From positions 809,191 through 873,190 of the forward strand of contig NMRA01000111.1 of NCBI GenBank assembly GCA_002633005.1: a stretch of DNA of 64,000 bases, read 5' to 3'. The notes below the pieces were generated by a model that did not search any database, was not told where the DNA came from, and saw nothing but the letters and a program-made list of their open reading frames with translations. The DNA is from Phoronis australis (taxonomy: Eukaryota > Animalia > Phoronida). Of the stretch, positions 23,877 to 36,452 are shown one piece after another; position 1 is the first letter of the stretch; every line of letters starts with the position of its first letter. A program made the position numbers and the translations under genes.

Positions 23877-26800
23877 ATGACAACTTTTTATGGTAAGAAA
23901 TAAGAAATCATCTAAGGAATCACTTGTGCACAGTCATAGACCGTGTGTACCGGCCAGATATCACTGTCTAGCACTGACAGTGTACTTTGACTGTCTGCTG
24001 ACCTGCTTCTAGTAGACAGTGCCACCGTCGCTGTTTAGCAGTGGAGACGGTGGTACTCCCATAGGCCCTTCATACGGATGCTTTTTGGCGAATTGTGCTT
24101 CACACTAAGTCACGCTGCTCTTGCTCTGGGAGTAATGTATAGTCCTAGTCTTGCTGTAAGTTGTAACTAAGAAAAACTAAATACATTTTGTTGGCCTTTT
24201 GAAATAGAGCATGCGCACACCCAGCCTTCAAAATGGGGGGCTCGAATTCCTGACGTATGGACCTTTTGCTAACAAGAGAGCGGGCGGACTAAAAAAAACA
24301 AAAAAAAAAAACGGGAGCACACCACTGCGAATTGCGCGTTTGTGCTTATTTACTGGGCTTTTGTCCCATTTCCTCGGACATTTTGTCTCTCAGGGGCGGA
24401 CCTTTTTGCCCACTTCGCCATTCGACCCCTGGGTGCCTACATGTAGAGGGACAGCTTAGGAGACAGTCAATGTCTTTATTTCCTTCTAACTCTAACAAAT
24501 ACTCCCGTAATCAAACTTTTTTCATAGTTCGGTTAGGCAACTGGCCATTTTTATCTTGAATTTAAAAACCCTCCAAGTGCATGAAACCAGTGGTGGATTT
24601 AGGGGGGGGAGGTGTTGGGCAAGGGGGCCATGGCCTCCCCTAAAATTCTACCAAATACCATTTGGGAGTTTGGGTACGAATTGCACATGCGCACAACGAA
24701 CGGGGCTCGGAGAGGGGGGGGGGGGTGAATAAGCAATGCATAGGCTCTGAACATTCCCCGTTTACCGTTTTTTTTTAGTCAACAGGGTCCGCAGACCCAA
24801 ATTTTCGAGATCCCTGCATCCCTACATTTTAGGCTGGGCTCGTGCATCTGCCAAATTTCTGGCCCCCCCTAACTCAAAATCCTTTATCCGCCCCTGGAAA
24901 CCACTCAAGTTTCTTTGATCTCAAGCATATCTTTAAGTTTTATCCAGTTTTCTGATTGTCAAAGTAGAAACAGCGTCATGCTGAGAGTGGACATCCTCTT
25001 AGCGTTTGGTTGGCTTGTGTTACAAATGCATCTTGCCTGACTCCACTAAAACATTGTTTCTACTTATTTTTTGTGTTACTGTTGGGTGAATTTGTCTTTA
25101 CTATTAACAAATATTCATAATTCATTTTTGAAGCATCAAAATTGACCCTTAAATAGTAATGTGACAACTTGTGATTGATTTGAATGCGAGTCATCCAGCA
25201 CACTGTCCAAAACAACGGCTCATAATGTAAAGCTGCTACTAGTATAATTGATATCGCCTGATTTGAATAGTTTGCGGACAACCTTATGTAAACAGTTTGG
25301 TGATGACTGTGTTTCACGCACTCTTTGAGTTTCAATTTTCGCCAATGAGATCGACATGCAACTACTGTGTAGTATATTGGTAGTGGCAGTGGTAGTGCAA
25401 GTTTTTAATCCAGTAAAGTTTCGAGGGGGTTCCCTTACAAATTATGAGTTGAGGGCATACCAGTAGAGATTCAAATTCCAAACCAATGGAATATCTAGAA
25501 AAATGAGTATCTGCACTTATACTCAAAATTTTTTCTAATGCGTTCTGTGCCACCCGTTGTCCTCTATCAAGCTCAAGTCACGTTTTTTGATATTCTAAAG
25601 TGACATCAACACAGGGAAACACTTATTACTTTCTTCAGTTTCTTTAATTTTCCTTCTTATAGATGGATTTTTATGATTCAAAAACAACCACCAGCATTTG
25701 ATGACAGATTCAGAATAGCACAAAACTGAAAGTTTCTTAACTTCATTATGGTGTAGTGCATAAAGGGTGTAAGCTGCACATTATGCATCCAGGATGTGTA
25801 TGCTGGTCATGTGTTATCATGTAAAAGGCCCATTAATGCTGCTATGAAGGTATGATAATCAGTCGCACACAGTTCAGTGGTTTGTAGCTGGACCACAAAT
25901 TTGCCCCTAGCCATTAAAAGTTTATGAAGTCGTGTTCCCAGAAAATTAGGAAACTCAACCCTTAAGGGACCCAGCATCCTTGCAAATTTGGTTAGAATAA
26001 CAAGGCACCTATTTGTGGAGAGCTTCTATGAGTAGTTCATCCACCCTCTTATGGTTATGGGTTTCCCATAGCATCAAGTTGTAAGGGTTCCAAACCATGC
26101 AAAATGCTTAGTGGTGAAATTAAAGTTCTAGTGGAGAACAGTTTATTTTGATCTGCGGTCCTTTTAACCCAGCAAGAAATGGACCCTTTTGTGACGTTCT
26201 TACCTCTTGAAGTTTGGAAGTAGTTTGGCTTTGAAAAAATAGGCTATCAGAGTGGTATGTTATGAAAATGTTACAGAATTTTTGAAAAATAAACTTTTTG
26301 GTACTTAATATCTTGAAAGACCTACAATTGCAAAGCCAGACTATAGCTTTCTGTAACAGTGGTCATTCAATGAAGATTTCATTTATTTATGCTTTTTGTG
26401 ATATTGTCTATCAGAGCTACAGAAACTGTTTTTTTTCCATAACCGGTGACGAGATGGCCATAATTTCACACTTTCAGCTCTGGTTAATGTTACAACTTAT
26501 TTCTAAAGGTGCCTAGGTCAGAAATTGTTGTCATGCTAAATCGCATAAGCTTGGTAAAATAACTACCTCTTTGAAAAAGGCAGTCGTCACTTACAGGGAT
26601 CTGAATTTTGCTGGAGAATCTATGATGTCCATAGATCAGTAGAGAAAATTGGTTTCTCAAAATGCGGGACAGCAGTAGATGATTATTACCATGAAAATTC
26701 TCTAAATGATTTAAGGGGTTAAAAGCTGGCTCTCAGTGAAGTAATAATTTTTGTTTGGGCCATTTACAGTTTCAAGGCAAATTCATTTCTGAGATCATTT

Positions 26801-28852
26801 AGACATGATTTCAGAGGTTTTGGTTTTAACTAACTGTTAACCTCTCAGTAACGTCTGCAGTCAGGTAATGACTTTCATGTCTTTCAGAACAAGGGGTCGA
26901 CACAGTCCAAGGTTTACTTGCTTTCCTCACATCACTGCTCAATCTGTCTTCATTCCTTTTATTTTGTGTTTACTTGATTATTGCTTGGCTTGCCCCGGCA
27001 TGGAGACAAGGCACCAGTCCATTGGAATGCAGAAAGGTATGGTAATATTTTGTGATTCAAACGAGGTTTATCTCAAATTTCATCTCTCATGTTCAGTTTG
27101 ATTTCACACCATTTGCCATAATTTAAACCATGGATTTCTATAATACACAGGGTATTTCAAAATTATGGAACTGATTACAAAAGCATGTGTGGTCTGATAC
27201 AGCTGAATTAGAAAGTATATGTAATTCAAACTGGCGTGGAACTATGGGTATCAAAATTTCAAATCTGGTCAGCACGCCACCCGTTGGCCACATCATGTAA
27301 CCTAATGGATATAAGTCTGAAAAGATTTCTATTCCTAGAATTAGAAAGTAGGTGCGTCGCAGTTCCATATTTTTATCAATTCACATTATATGTGTAAAAG
27401 CATAACGTCATTCTTGTTTGACATCCACTGCTTTATCTCCGAAAGCCTTTGATGGATGTTCCCCATATTTTTCGGACATGTTCCTATTGTAATTGAAATG
27501 GCACAAGGCATTTTTTGGATGGACCCAACTACCGGTGTGACCTCTAGTGGCAATTTTAGATTTTTCTGTTTGCCTCAAGTCTGCAGATTTTCTTGAAATT
27601 TGGTAAATAAGCTTCCGTTAAAGACACAATGTCACGAACACATTTACGAATAAATTGACATACTGTATGTCACCTAAAATATCCATATTTATTGTTTTTG
27701 AGTCTTTTACCATATGGATCTTTATCCGACAAACTGCTCTAGCGGCTCTATTGGTCGTTATGAAAATTGGCGCGTGTGATCATATTGAGAAGAGCAAAGC
27801 TGGAGATGATTTTCGGACAGCCGCTTGACACCTGAATCTACTCAATTGGTAGTAGTATCACCCATGATTAAGAATGTATGGTGTAACTCTGTAAAACTGC
27901 ACTCAATTTATAGCAGTTTAACTAGTACTATCAATCAAATGGAGAACACTGAGGCAGACTCTGTAAATTTGCACTCGTTGTTTTCTTCAATGCTGTGGAA
28001 AATATCTGGATGTTCTTAATTATAGCTCAGTGATGAATAAATTATGTTTCTGTTCTTATGGAACTTTCATATTAAAAAAACAACATGGGAACTTTTCAAC
28101 CTAATTCACTGAAGGACCCAGAATTATTTATGACTGAGACGATCCCAGTTTATAATTTATTCACTGGCATCACATTATGAATGATAATTTGCACCATCTG
28201 TAGCTATTGTTACTCAACATTGATTTTTTATGTTAACTGGTACATTGGCACAAGTAAAACATTCCCAAAGTGTTTATTTCCATTTCAGCTGCTGATTGTC
28301 TACAACTTTTCTTTGACCATTCTAAGCACATACACCATGTTAGGCTTCTTACGTGGCTTATGGGAAGCTGGAGATTTGTTTGGAAGACAAACTAATCCTA
28401 TTCTACAGCACATCTTCTATATGTACTTTTTATCCAAAGTATTTGAACTGCTAGACACTGTCTTCATGATACTACGTCACAAAGAGAGACAAGTCACTTT
28501 CCTTCACGTCTTTCACCACTCCTCCATGTTGTTATTTGGTGACTTCACAGCATCTGTGGTACCATGGCCAGCTATTGCTCCATTCCTGTGTACAAATTCA
28601 TTTGTTCATATCATAATGTACTCATACTATGGACTAACTGCTCTCGATCCTCTCAATCCACCTACGTGGAAGCGACAAGTGACTCACGTACAGTTGGTGC
28701 AATTTATAGTCTTGCTTTTCCATTCTCTATATGGATGGATGTATCATGGGTTCTGTATTTATGGGGCAGTCTATGCTCTTATTATGATATGTCTCTTTTC
28801 ACAATTTTACCTTGGAACTTATGTGAAGAAGGAACATGAGCACAAAGATTAA
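23877..28852 (+). CDS. Fatty acid elongase (ELO/GNS1-SUR4 family), divergent ELOVL of about 242 aa, 3 exons
   Basis: Exon 3 28289-28852 carries KVFELLDTVFMILRHK, QVTFLHVFHH (HxxHH), NSFVHIIMYSYY and THVQLVQF. Exon 2 26888-27036 encodes ..FLLFCVYLIIAWLAPAWRQGTSPLECRK and ends at gtatgg. Putative exon 1 23877-23892 (ATG ACA ACT TTT TAT G|gtaaga) fits the phase but is less certain. Confidence 0.88.
24210..24443 (-). mobile_element. MITE of the CATGCGCGCACCC family
   Basis: Homologous in reverse orientation to 55416-55659 and 31207-31443. Confidence 0.7.
24588..24896 (-). mobile_element. Same MITE family, 5-bp TSD GAAAC
   Basis: CAGTGGTGGATTT..ATCCGCCCCTG flanked by GAAAC on both sides; internal homology to the 22092 copy. 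Confidence 0.85.
27369..27830 (-). mobile_element. Degenerate partial copy of the HINE-like family
   Basis: Similar terminal hairpin, CCTCTAGTGGCAATTTT subunit and GATGATTTTCGGAC motifs. Confidence 0.5.
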
Positions 28853-29445
28853 TTTCTATGGTGCAATGTTAGCAAAAACGAGTTCTATTGAGCTAGCACA
28901 TGTACCGTTTTAAAAAGGATTCTCAACTTTGTTTTGGTAATTTCAACCAGTCCTCTTTTGCCACCTGCTAATGCCTCTCTGGCGTCCCAGTCACTTGAGG
29001 GATGAAAGCAGGATTCAACTAAAAACTCACACCTTCTGCGTCTCATATTCAAGTTGGATATTATGATTCTTGGTGGCCAGTTTTTCCCTAGTTGTCGTAT
29101 AACTGGCCCAAAGCATAGGTTATGTCTACCTGCCTTGCAGCAGACAAAGAAAAACAGTTTTCAACTTTTGCTAAAAACTTTTAAGGGTTGTGGTGGGTGG
29201 TGGGTTACACGTCATTTTGTTTCAGAGAACTGGATGGGAAGGTCGTTTTAATTATCTGTTAATAGGCGGAAATGGGGTTCGGTATCCTTTTAAGTTTAAA
29301 CATGAGAAAGTATGAATACTTTGGTGACTAATGTCATACTTGTTGGAGTGTTTTGTATTTTGCTATCAATTTTGTTTCAATAGTATCTATATCAATTTTA
29401 CATGCTATGTGTTTGGTAGTGAATGTGTGTGAATTGTGGTTTTAA

Positions 29446-29712
29446 AGTGGCATTATTGACAAGGAAAGTGTTTTTTTGAAATAAGCCTCAGCGCATAAGT
29501 GCACCTACAGTCCTTGCATGCACAGCTGGCGGAGCTGCACTCTATAACTAGCAGAGCATTTCAACCGCATTAAACTGATGAATAATATCACAAAAGATAT
29601 GTAATTCTGTTGTTTTGTTGTGCTTGCCAAAGCCTAAGAACTTCTAAATGTCTATCCCATCTAAAAATAATCACTAAAATGCATTTTTGGCTGTAAAAGC
29701 AATAATGTCCCT
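29446..29712. mobile_element. Small TTAA-flanked MITE (Kolobok-like) downstream of the ELOVL stop codon
   Basis: TTAA|AGTGGCATTATTG..CAATAATGTCCCT|TTAA. Confidence 0.55.
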
Positions 29713-31206
29713 TTAAAGTTGTGGGTTATCATGAAAAAGCAATTACTGTAGACAGCGTGAACCATGGAAATAGAATGAGGAAAAACAAATATCAAAAAAA
29801 AATTGAAATAAAACAAACATCAAAACGTTCGTAATATTCTTTTACAGAAGAAATGTGATAACTTTAATGAAAATACAAATCTTTTATCAACATTTTCATC
29901 CAGAAAAAGGCTGACGTTGTGTTTCAGTCTCTTGTCTGAATAACGGGCATCAAACTCAATTTCTCAAAATCGAGGGTCCCTGTAAGTGACTGTTGCCAAG
30001 ACAATAACTGGATTGTCACTTTATGTTCGCTACCTGGCTGCCAAAGCAATTAATTAGTTGAAAATGCCTCTTCTGTAATCTGGGGTTTATATTTTAGCGA
30101 AGTATCAGCAGGAACTTTTGCTTTCCACTTTTAGCACTTCCTTAGTATATTTGATGTTAGACTAAATTCTTTGTTAGACAATGTCTGACTTACTGTGTTG
30201 CTCTTGGGTAGACCACCAAGTAATTGAAAAACAGAAATGTTCGTCTTGTGATTGAAATATGTTGTGGTGACCCTGGTATTGATGTTGTGTCCATTGACTG
30301 CAGCTAATCTACTGTGATGTATTTTGTAGACTGGTCTATGCAGTATATGAGATTAATTAGACAAGACCTGGGAGTATAGTCCTAGGCCAACATTCAACAT
30401 ATACGTCTTCAGCACAATTAAAATAGAAAATTGATAAGTGAGAGTACTCCAGGAGCACTTAATTGTGATTAGAAAAAGTTAACAGGGTATATTGTGTGCA
30501 TATAGTTTTTTGTTCTTTACTACAAAAATTCATGTGTTTGTTGTGTCGTTTTTATTCAATAAACATGCTTCCAGTTAATTTGTACCACTTCTTGACCTCA
30601 GTTATGGGAAGCTGTTTGCTTCTTATTCAAATTTGTCCACTTTTTCAGAGTAATATCACTTATTTAGTTGCAGAATTTACTGCACGTGCATCTGTGCTCT
30701 TCAGACAGTCTTTGACTGGCCACGATGAACTCACCCATTTGTAGGGGTTAGTTTCTGAAACACAACCCTTTTGTTGTGGTTAATCCCATAAAGCCAAGTT
30801 CAGTTCCTTTCACAGAGATTATTTAGACATTCCAGTTTTAGCCCACCATGCTGAAACTTTATATAAAAAGAGATGCAATGTTGTCAAAAATGGGTTTATC
30901 CTTTGCAACAAATTTTTTAAAGATACTATTACAGATGATATTCAAAATCCTTTGGGCTGTAGGTTTGAGTAATGAGAAAAAGGAACCCATTCAGAGTTTG
31001 GAGCTCTGTTAGTCCTTAACCCTCATTTGTAGGTAATTGTGTCGTAAAAGGCGCCATTTTGTAGGGAATCTTGTCAGAAAATAAGCCCTTTCGCCAAGGG
31101 AAGCATGCCGTGCATAGTCACAATTCTGAGCTGCAGGTCGCGTATGTCAATTTCAAAAGTCACTTGATTCCGTTATCTCCTATCAGTCAGAGAAGCGCAG
31201 CTTTCG

Positions 31207-31443
31207 TGCGCGCACCCCGGAGGGGGGGGGGAGGACGGGGGGGCTCCAATGAGCCCCCCATTTGGCGAAGTGAGTAAAAAGGTCCGAGAAGACGAGACAA
31301 AAGTCCAATAAAAAAGCGCACACGCACAGTTCATAAACCTGAAGGTGGTACCCCGATTTTTTCTTTAATCTTCTTGCTTTTTTGTTAGCAAAAGGTCTAC
31401 TTTGTCAGAGTTTCGAGCCCCCATATTAAAGGCTGGGTGCGCG
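31207..31443 (+). mobile_element. MITE of the CATGCGCGCACCC family
   Basis: GTGCGCGCACCC..GGGTGCGCG termini with internal AAAAGGTCC repeats. Confidence 0.7.
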
Positions 31444-32700
31444 GAGGGTTTTGCATTGAGCTGAATCAATTTGCTCTGGAAACCTACCAAACCCCATATC
31501 AAGTTTTCTAGTTGTAGTGTTAATTGGAAGTATCTGTGACGGTAAAGTGCTGCTTTTGAAGTGCGTGTAGACGATACTGCAACATTTTTAGATTGGACCC
31601 CCAATAAAATGCCCCGTTCGCAGGTTACCCGCGGCCACACTGAGGATAAATCACCGGCACTGCTACTGAGTTTTGTTCTGCCTAGTTATTGTGACTTATC
31701 TCCCCTATAAGTTTCGCTACAGTGTATCTATCATGCTTGACCATTGCCCCTTCCAACGCCGAGCGTCAACAATGTTTCCCCTTGCACTTCCAAATTGTTG
31801 TCAGAGGAGGAGTTACCCAGAATCACAGTGAATAGTGATCGAAAATCATAGATACCTTGGAATCTAGTATAACATGCGGCTGCCAGAATTAACAAATTAT
31901 TAGCGCGAGCTAAATCGTCACCGACCAACATAACTTTCAAGTAGCATTGCCTTAGAAAATGGCCAACCAGGGCCGGGAGAGAATCTTTTTACTCGAAGTA
32001 GAATTCGAAATTATTATGTTTTACTTTAGTACAACTTCTGATATAAGTCTATTATTTGTGCTCCACTCGAGGTTGGATTGCGAAAGCCTAGTTTGCGCTA
32101 GGTGACTCCGTATCAAATGTTCTCACACGATATTAGCAGTCTCGAGTAACTGGGTGTTAAATGGCTACCCCTAAAGTTCTTAAAGTGAAATTTTTGACAT
32201 TTTCTCATTTGTGCAGCCGAATGGAAGAAAAAGATAAAACATCAATACTGCCTTTAAGTTTGCTTACGTGTAAAACAGACAAAGTTAAAATCAAACCTAA
32301 ACATGGAAAAAAATCAAACCGTGTACGGGTTAAGACAGAAAGTTATAGCTTTACGCTCTCACTTCACAATTGCTAAAAAAGCACATCCAATTAATTAAGA
32401 GCGCATCACAGGCTAGATATAATTAGAGGAATTATCTCAGTAACTATAGCAGTTATGTATTCACACTTAATTATGCGCCTTTTACCAGAGGGATGGCGTC
32501 GATAGTGTTGCATCATCTGATTCAACCTTCAGTTAGCTAGGTATGCTGGTGAGCAAGGTACTTAACGAATCCACCTCCAGGAACATCGGTTCAGATCCCA
32601 TCCTTGACTGTCAAGTGAAAAACAGACAGCTTCCTCTCATGGGAGGAAACGTGTTGTCATGAGCATCCTTTTGTCATATACTCAGTACATGAGGTTATAG

Positions 32701-33151
32701 GTTTGGGGAAACTGTACGCTCGTAACGCCGTCAATTACCACGGCGTAAAATTACGCTCGTAATTTAATCCCGAAAGCGTAAAATTGTGCTCGCAATTTAA
32801 TTCATTACCGTGTAAATTTACGCTCGTAATTTATCTCTTGACGGATTACGTACTGAGTTGCAACTCGTGCGTGCGCGTTTGGACCTGAGCAGTGCGGCAA
32901 TGTCAGTGATTGTGGATGGAAGAAGTCAAACTGCTAGCAACAGAAAGTCATCAGCAAGTCTTCCACTCGCAGCCATATTGTTCAATTATTCGTGCATTTT
33001 AGGATAACCCCGATTGGTTCTTAAAGTAATCACGAGTGTACTAATTATACGGCGACATCTTCCCCATTTAATTTACGAGTGTAATTTTACGGCAACATTT
33101 TCTCCATCTGAACTACGAGTGCAATTTTACGGCCAGTCATACATCCCCAAA
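32701..33151. mobile_element. MITE with GTTTGGGGA termini and subterminal CGTAAAATTACGCTCGTAATT repeats
   Basis: GTTTGGGGA..TCCCCAAAC ends; about 4 motif copies on the left and 3 inverted copies on the right. Confidence 0.7.
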
Positions 33152-33587
33152 CATTCGCCCATAGTCATATCGCGTTCTGATCAGCCACCGGAGTTCAAGT
33201 TGATTCGCACAGAGCAGCTCATGATAACCGAGTGGCGATAGGTGATACTCTTTAAACACCCACGCGTCCCAGCACTAGGAATCGAAATCATTCATCTCAC
33301 TCAACAACATGACGACAACCAGATTACAGCTATACATGGATTTGCGCGGACCCTCATCTAATCTTCCCACCTTAATCGTTGATTGTGTGCTAGACTTACA
33401 GCCGACTTTACAAATTTAGGTGGTTTAACAAAATCAGGTTTAAGACTTAAACCAACTAGGAATTCATAAACCTGGTACAATATCGTACCTAACTTGCATT
33501 TCACAAACGTGGTTTAATGAGCCCGATTTTGTTAGACCAGGGAGCGGGTTTAGTACAACGAGGTTATAAGTATCCAAACTAACCTAA

Positions 33588-33704
33588 TAGTGGCGGACTT
33601 GGGGGGGGGGGGGGGGGCAANGCAGTCCTACGTTTTAGGCTGGGCGCGCGCATGCGGCGAAATTCTGGTTATTCCCCCCTAACTCAAAATACTGGATCCC
33701 CCTG
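33588..33704 (-). mobile_element. Same MITE family, shortened copy containing an N
   Basis: TAGTGGCGGA..CTCAAAATACTGGATCCCCCTG; flanks CCTAA and CCTAC. Confidence 0.65.
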
Positions 33705-34510
33705 CCTACACTATCGATTTGGATTAACTCAGTCAACAAAGAAACTGTTGAGGTGCTTCAATGTAACATTGGACATGTACACAGCATCCTAGCACCAAAG
33801 CTCTTGCATTGTAGGTCTGTTTCAAATAAAATGAGCCGAAAAATGCCTGAAAGTTTTTTTTCTTAATGAAGACGGTTTTCTCATAAAAATGATCAGAGAA
33901 AACGTAAATGTTATAGAGAACGATAAAACTGGCGAGAAATCAAGTCAAAGTAAGCAGCATACCCGATGAGGGAGCCAAAGGCGCATCTAGGATATCGTGA
34001 GTGGGGTCAAGGCTGTTAATTTTGTGAGTGTGTGCCCAACACACGTACATAGCCTAGTACATGCCTACGAATAGGCGCAACGTTATTATACGCCCACATG
34101 TATGTCCGTGTCATTTTTACTATTTATTCGGCGGCCAAGGGGGGGGGGGAGCGGCAGGACCCGGCCATGCCCCGTCCCTCTTAAATCCACCATTGAGACC
34201 TAAAGCAGGTGGAACACCGAATAAAAAAAAACAAATGATGATGCTGTCGTCAGTCTCGCCAGTCAATGACGCTTACAATGAAGACACCCTGCTTTATCAG
34301 TCGTCACCTAATAAGTCCGAAGGAAACCCTGCAACTCGTACCGGCCTGTGTTCGAGTCCGTGTCGTTCTAAATCAAGAAATTAAAAATAGGCAATTTGCG
34401 CTCTAAAATTGCGTCGGTGATACACACTGCACAGCGTCTCTCAGCTGCACGGTTGGGCACGCGTATGTCGCGCAAGTCTGCCATCTTTAACCGTGTTGGG
34501 TCCTATGTAA

Positions 34511-34948
34511 CCAGTGGCCGGTTGCATGATACAGTCCCAAATAGGGACTCAACTAAGGTCCCTAAGTCTTTTTGCACATTTTGTGTCTTTATGGACGCAC
34601 AGGTGCAATATTTTTCTATCATGTCATCTTTATTATGATTATTTGATTAATGAAATTTTGTAATAATATAAGTAAAAATTGAGCACAGCGTTCATTGAAA
34701 ATAAATAGGACTCAGTCCTTAAATTGGGGGTGTTGCATGAAAAGATCCCTAATTATTTTCGATAATATTGTCAATTCAACGTAGAGTTCACACTCGATTT
34801 GTATCAAAGTCAAAAGTTGACTTAGTAATGAAACTAAAACAATACAAAAAAGGGTGATTGATGTTTTCTCAAGTCCGCAAATAAGCAGTACATTTAGGGA
34901 CCTTAGTTGAATCCCTATTTGGGACTGTTTCATGCGACCTAGCACTGG
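34511..34948. mobile_element. MITE with ~55-bp terminal inverted repeats
   Basis: CCAGTGGCCGGTTGCATGATACAGTCCCAAATAGGGACTCAACTAAGGTCCCTAA matches the reverse complement of the right end (TTAGGGACCTTAGTTGAATCCCTATTTGGGACTG..CACTGG). Confidence 0.85.
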
Positions 34949-35496
34949 TCTCTACATTAAGTTATACCTGACATAGATCTCGTTTGCGAAATGAAACCGG
35001 TTTTGACTAGGTCTAAACTGGAGTTTAATCAGGTTTTACAAGACCACTGGTCTTAAAGTTAAACCACCTTTACGAAATCCAGATTGTTTTTACACCTGGT
35101 CCACGTCTAATTTAAACCAGGTTTAACTTTAAAACACCTTTGTGAAATCTGCTGCTAATGTCTGCGTCTCCGATTCTGCTTGTCAGCTATGACGATGGTT
35201 AAGTTATATCCGACACGTCTGTTTGTAGATATTTGTGTAAATATGTTTAACCTTTCATCATCACGTCCCTATTATCCTATGTTTTTAAGCAAGACTGTAA
35301 CAGGCAATGCAGAAATTGAAAACATGTTTTTCATTTTCAAACTTAATTTTTTACCAAGACGTGAATAAGTACTGCAGTTGGACTTTTTAATCAGATTTTG
35401 ACGAATAAAGGGCAATCCAAATCTCCAAGCTCAGCAGCATATCACAGTCAAAGATGGGGTCAAGTAGAAATCATACCTAAAGACAAGGGAAAGAGG

Positions 35497-35614
35497 CAAC
35501 TCCGTCCATACAATACAACTCCGTCCATACAATACAACTTCGTCCATTCAATATAACTCCGTCCATACAATACAACTCCGTCCATACAATACAATTCCGT
35601 CCATTCAATACAAT
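35497..35614. repeat. 19-bp minisatellite, about 6 copies
   Basis: Unit CAACTCCGTCCATACAATA. Confidence 0.92.
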
Positions 35615-35928
35615 AGAGTGCACTTGTTCCTTAGCTGGTGAAAGATTGTAATGGTGAGGAAATAACTTTTATCCAACAAGTGTGACATAAAAGCAACTTT
35701 AGAAAAATGACACAGTGAGTTTCATGATTATTGACCACGTAGCAAATGAACAATTTAGGTTTTCATTTTAACTTCATTACCAAACAACTCTGGCCTATCT
35801 TTTATTATCAGGAACATAGATTAATTTGCAACAAAAGTTATCAAAATGAATGGAAAAGATTGACAACTAAAACGTTTTCAGGTACATATAATTTTCAAGA
35901 TAAACAAAGCAACGATTTCACACCTTAA

Positions 35929-36452
35929 AGAGGCCTGGAACGCAATAAACAGGCTAAATTTCAATATTCAAAGTGGTTTTCTGCCACTCAAAACAGAATT
36001 CAATCTGCTCACCAAGTATTTTTAGGGTTTGTTGGTAAAGATTTTTAATATCTGTTGATATCAAATCGTTTTCTTTTAGTTTTAAATTAAAAAACGACCT
36101 GTCCTTTTGTAGATTTTTCTTCCACAAGGCAAAGCACATCTCCTAATTTGGTATGGCAAGACATAGACTTAGCACATTTCCCTAATATAGAAAATGTGAC
36201 CTTTGACCTCAAGCGACTTCAAGCAACTGACTGTGAGCGCATTTATCATAAGTGGGAGGGAGATTAGAAACTCTGCGGTAACCATAGAGTTTTTCCTTTG
36301 CGCGTATTTCGAAAAAATTAATTTTGTGATTTTTTCTGGAAATTTCCTGACGGGAAAGTTAATTACTCTGTACTACAGGTTGCAAGATGGTACTTTCCTC
36401 AGGAATTGTTTATAAAAGATATTTTTGACGACCTTTTGCATTCCATGCCTCT
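35929..36452. mobile_element. TTAA-flanked non-autonomous DNA transposon (Kolobok-like)
   Basis: TTAA|AGAGGCCTGGAACGCAA..TTGCATTCCATGCCTCT|TTAA. Confidence 0.7.

Larger units (their letters stand above)
33400..35152. mobile_element. Non-autonomous DNA element with nested insertions
   Basis: Left-end ACAAA..GGTGGTTTAA/AAACC repeats are mirrored at the right end (TTAAACC..CACCTTTGTGAAATC). Contains the MITEs at 33588 and 34511. Confidence 0.45.

Noticed and set aside
28181-28288. N-terminus of the 223-aa ELOVL ORF as called in the ORF track
   Set aside because: Intronic read-through; a good acceptor (TTTCCATTTCAG) ends at 28288 and joins exon 26888-27036 in frame.
32530-32690. tRNA gene (B-box-like GGTTCAGATCC)
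   Set aside because: No cloverleaf can be formed; at best a decayed tRNA-derived SINE.
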